Assembly (NCBI GenBank): GCA_000494145.1
Contig: AWOE01000007.1
Span: 28,247 to 34,701 of the forward strand
Length of the DNA: 6,455 bases
Direction: 5' to 3'
Source of the DNA: Candidatus Calditenuaceae archaeon JGI OTU-1
Lineage (GTDB): Archaea; Thermoproteota; Nitrososphaeria_A; Caldarchaeales; Calditenuaceae
The notes beneath the pieces were generated by a model. The model did not search any database. It saw only the letters and a list, made by a program, of their open reading frames with translations, and was not told where the DNA came from. Of this stretch, positions 5,076 through 6,455 are shown one piece after another (the first letter of the stretch is position 1; each line of letters starts with the position of its first letter). The translations under genes and the position numbers were made by a program.

Positions 5076-5099
5076 CAACCTTCAATATGAATGGTTGCG

Positions 5100-5696
5100 A
5101 TGGGGAAAACACCATTCAAAACGAATGATGCAAAACGCAAGAAGAAGGGGCTGACGGGACTCGAGACGGCAATCATTCTGATAGCGTTCGTCGTCGTGGC
5201 GGCGGCCTTCGCCTTCGCGGTGCTGAACATGGGCTTCTTCACGACGCAGAAGTCGAGCGAGGTGATGCAGGCGGGCCTCGAGGAAACGCTCAGCTCGATA
5301 GAGATAGCGGGATCCGTCATAGCGAGGTCCTCCAGCGGGCAGATCAGCAACATCACCATCTACGTCAAGTCGGCGGTCGGCAAGAACCCGGTAGACATGA
5401 GAGACGGGGTCCTCGTGATCAGCTACAGGGATCCATACAATTTCATCCCGAACATCTACACCGCGAACGACACAAACCCTAACGTGACCGGTGTGAGGGT
5501 CAGGCAGCTGACCGGTGACAGAGACACGGCGCTCGAGTACACCGAGGTCTGGGAGATCGTGATAGGCATACCGGAGCTCAACGATCTACGGCCGAACGAC
5601 CAGTTCTCGATCGAGATCAAGCCAGCTCAGGGCTCGATACTGAAGGTGGAGAGGAGGCTGCCGCCGGTCTTCGACCCCGTGATGGACCTGACCTGA
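5100..5696 (+). CDS. Archaellin / archaeal type IV pilin-like protein with a class III signal peptide
   Basis: A basic leader (MGKTPFKTNDAKRKKKG) precedes LTGLETAIILIAFVVVAAAFAFAVLNMGFFTTQK. This is the archaeal flagellin N-terminal domain pattern (G|LTGLE, with Glu at +5) seen in Methanospirillum-type archaellins. The mature part is about 180 aa and beta-rich, with three N-x-T sequons (NIT, NDT, NVT). The ORF track starts at ATG 5091. ATG 5100 is preferred from the promoter spacing. Confidence 0.85.
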   Translation: MGKTPFKTNDAKRKKKGLTGLETAIILIAFVVVAAAFAFAVLNMGFFTTQKSSEVMQAGLEETLSSIEIAGSVIARSSSGQISNITIYVKSAVGKNPVDMRDGVLVISYRDPYNFIPNIYTANDTNPNVTGVRVRQLTGDRDTALEYTEVWEIVIGIPELNDLRPNDQFSIEIKPAQGSILKVERRLPPVFDPVMDLT

Positions 5697-5715
5697 ACCG
5701 ATCCGACCGATCCCT

Positions 5716-5741
5716 GAACCAACTCCACCTTTTTTTGGTTC
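5716..5741 (+). terminator. Putative transcription terminator of the pilin-like gene: hairpin overlapping a T7 tract
   Basis: GAACCAA (5716-5722) pairs with TTGGTTC (5735-5741). The loop contains a run of seven T (5730-5736), and oligo-T tracts are archaeal termination signals. Short direct repeats precede it: CTGAACC at 5693 and 5714, ACCGATCC at 5697 and 5706. Confidence 0.5.
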
Positions 5742-5764
5742 CCCGTTCTCCACAGACCTCCCGC

Positions 5765-5776
5765 ACACTTATCAAC
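5765..5776 (+). promoter_or_regulatory. Putative TATA-like element for aIF5A (leaderless)
   Basis: The sequence is acacTTATCAAc. The first T (5769) is 31 nt upstream of ATG 5800. Confidence 0.45.
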
Positions 5777-5799
5777 AGCCCGGTCCTCTCATCCTCGAG

Positions 5800-6198
5800 A
5801 TGAGCACCAGACCTGCTGAGCTGGGTGAGATCAAGGAGGGGTCGAACGTCGTCATCGACGGAGAGCCGTGCAGGGTCGTCGAGGTCGAGCGGAGCAAGCC
5901 CGGGAAGCACGGGTCGGCGAAGGTGAGGATCGTCGCGATCGGGATCTTCGACGGCGTCAAGAGGAGCGTCGTCGGCCCCTCGGACCAGTACATCGAGGTT
6001 CCCGTGATCGAGAAGCGGACAGGCCAGGTCATGTCGGTCGGAGAGACGGTGAGCGTCATGGACAGCGAGTCCCTCGAGATCGTCGAGATGCCCCTCCCCA
6101 AGGACGAGACCCTCAGGGCAAAGCTCGAGCCCGGCGCGACCGTCGAGTACTGGCGGATCATGAACCGGAACATGATCGTCCAGGTCAGGGGCGAATGA
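5800..6198 (+). CDS. eif5a: Translation initiation factor 5A (aIF5A), with the hypusine-site motif
   Basis: The 132-aa product contains SKPGKHGSAKVRIVAIGIFDG, the conserved GKHG hypusination loop, followed by an OB-fold C-terminal domain. The length is typical for aIF5A. Confidence 0.95.
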   Translation: MSTRPAELGEIKEGSNVVIDGEPCRVVEVERSKPGKHGSAKVRIVAIGIFDGVKRSVVGPSDQYIEVPVIEKRTGQVMSVGETVSVMDSESLEIVEMPLPKDETLRAKLEPGATVEYWRIMNRNMIVQVRGE

Positions 6199-6199
6199 C

Positions 6200-6223
6200 G
6201 GGCCCTTAGCCTATCGGCCCTTT
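6200..6223 (+). terminator. Weak candidate terminator after aIF5A
   Basis: GGGCC (6200-6204) pairs with GGCCC (6216-6220) and is followed by TTT (6221-6223). The stem and T tract are both short, so this is tentative. Confidence 0.25.
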
Positions 6224-6313
6224 CCGACCGGTAGCAACGTTGAATTATTTTGAACTGTGGTTCGCTGACTACGACGGGCGGAGGAGGATGCAGAGGGAGC
6301 TGAGGAGGCAACG

Positions 6314-6455
6314 ATGACCTACGAGCTTAAGGTCTTCGCGACGTGCAGCTGCGCGGTCCGGGCCCTGCAGAAGAGCCTTCCGCTCCCTTTTCGGCCGATC
6401 AGGGGAGGGGAGGAAGCCCTATACCGCCCACCAACCGCTCGACGGACATCGCGAC
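6314..6455 (+). CDS. Hypothetical protein, 5' fragment running off the right edge. The coding strand is uncertain.
   Basis: The frame is open from ATG 6314 to the window end (MTYELKVFATCSCAVRALQKSLPLPFRPIRGGEEALYRPP...). GAGGAGG at 6302-6308 lies 5 nt upstream, and the AT-rich box gaATTATTTTg lies at 6241-6251. No family is recognised. The minus strand carries a competing 18-codon gene tail that ends at 6399. Confidence 0.3.
   Translation, partial: MTYELKVFATCSCAVRALQKSLPLPFRPIRGGEEALYRPPTARRTSR

Noticed and set aside
5000-5359. N-terminal 120 aa of the 284-aa minus-strand track ORF (4505-5359)
   Set aside because: This part runs antisense through the pilin-like gene and across both promoter-like boxes and the AT-rich spacer. 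I therefore truncated the gene call to ATG 4999 or later.
5586-6311. Minus-strand ORFs 5586-5768, 5617-5910 and 5772-6311, and plus-strand ORF 5868-6209
   Set aside because: They are shadow frames over the pilin 3' end, the spacer and aIF5A. The last is an extreme Arg/Asp/Gly repeat-like translation typical of an off-frame reading of a GAG/GTC-rich gene.
6399-6455. 18-codon minus-strand gene tail at the right edge
   Set aside because: It is not rejected outright, but it is too short to support as a feature. It is listed as the competing interpretation in the right-edge finding.
1-6455. Search by eye for CRISPR repeats, tRNA or rRNA genes, IS elements with terminal inverted repeats, integrase/transposase genes, toxin-antitoxin pairs or known defence genes
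   Set aside because: I saw no regularly spaced repeats of 24 nt or longer and no tRNA-like T-arm (GTTCRANYC) in the intergenic regions. No ORF shows transposase, integrase or nuclease motifs. A covariance-model scan (tRNAscan-SE, Infernal) would be needed to exclude small RNAs formally.

Overview
GC-rich archaeal chromosomal window. AGG-Arg and ATA-Ile codons are heavily used and BRE/TATA-like boxes precede most genes. It is dominated by translation-related housekeeping genes, with a short accessory-looking stretch at about 4250-5750. In order: (1) the 5' part of a minus-strand CoxM/CutM-type FAD-binding subunit that runs off the left edge and is absent from the ORF track; (2) a zinc-ribbon-less MBF1-type HTH protein followed 7 nt later by GTPase HflX, apparently one operon; (3) ribosomal protein L1 (+) and L11 (-), arranged tail-to-tail with 17 nt of overlapping 3' ends instead of the canonical co-directional L11-L1-L10-L12 cluster; (4) a small cytoplasmic sulfite-oxidase-fold molybdoenzyme; (5) two convergent small Zn-ribbon membrane proteins with 33 nt of overlapping 3' ends, one DUF2116-like and one unrecognised; (6) a lower-GC bidirectional control region; (7) a solitary archaellin/type-IV-pilin-like gene with a class III signal peptide; (8) aIF5A with the hypusine motif; (9) an uncertain partial ORF at the right edge. 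No tRNA, rRNA, CRISPR array, transposase or recognisable defence gene was found by eye. Hand-counted promoter spacing suggests most genes are leaderless and allows three start codons from the ORF track to be revised. I see no convincing complete novel system. The best candidates for follow-up are the Zn-ribbon membrane protein pair plus orphan pilin locus, the rearranged L1/L11 pair, and the MBF1-HflX operon. All homology statements rest on motif recognition by eye, not on searches.
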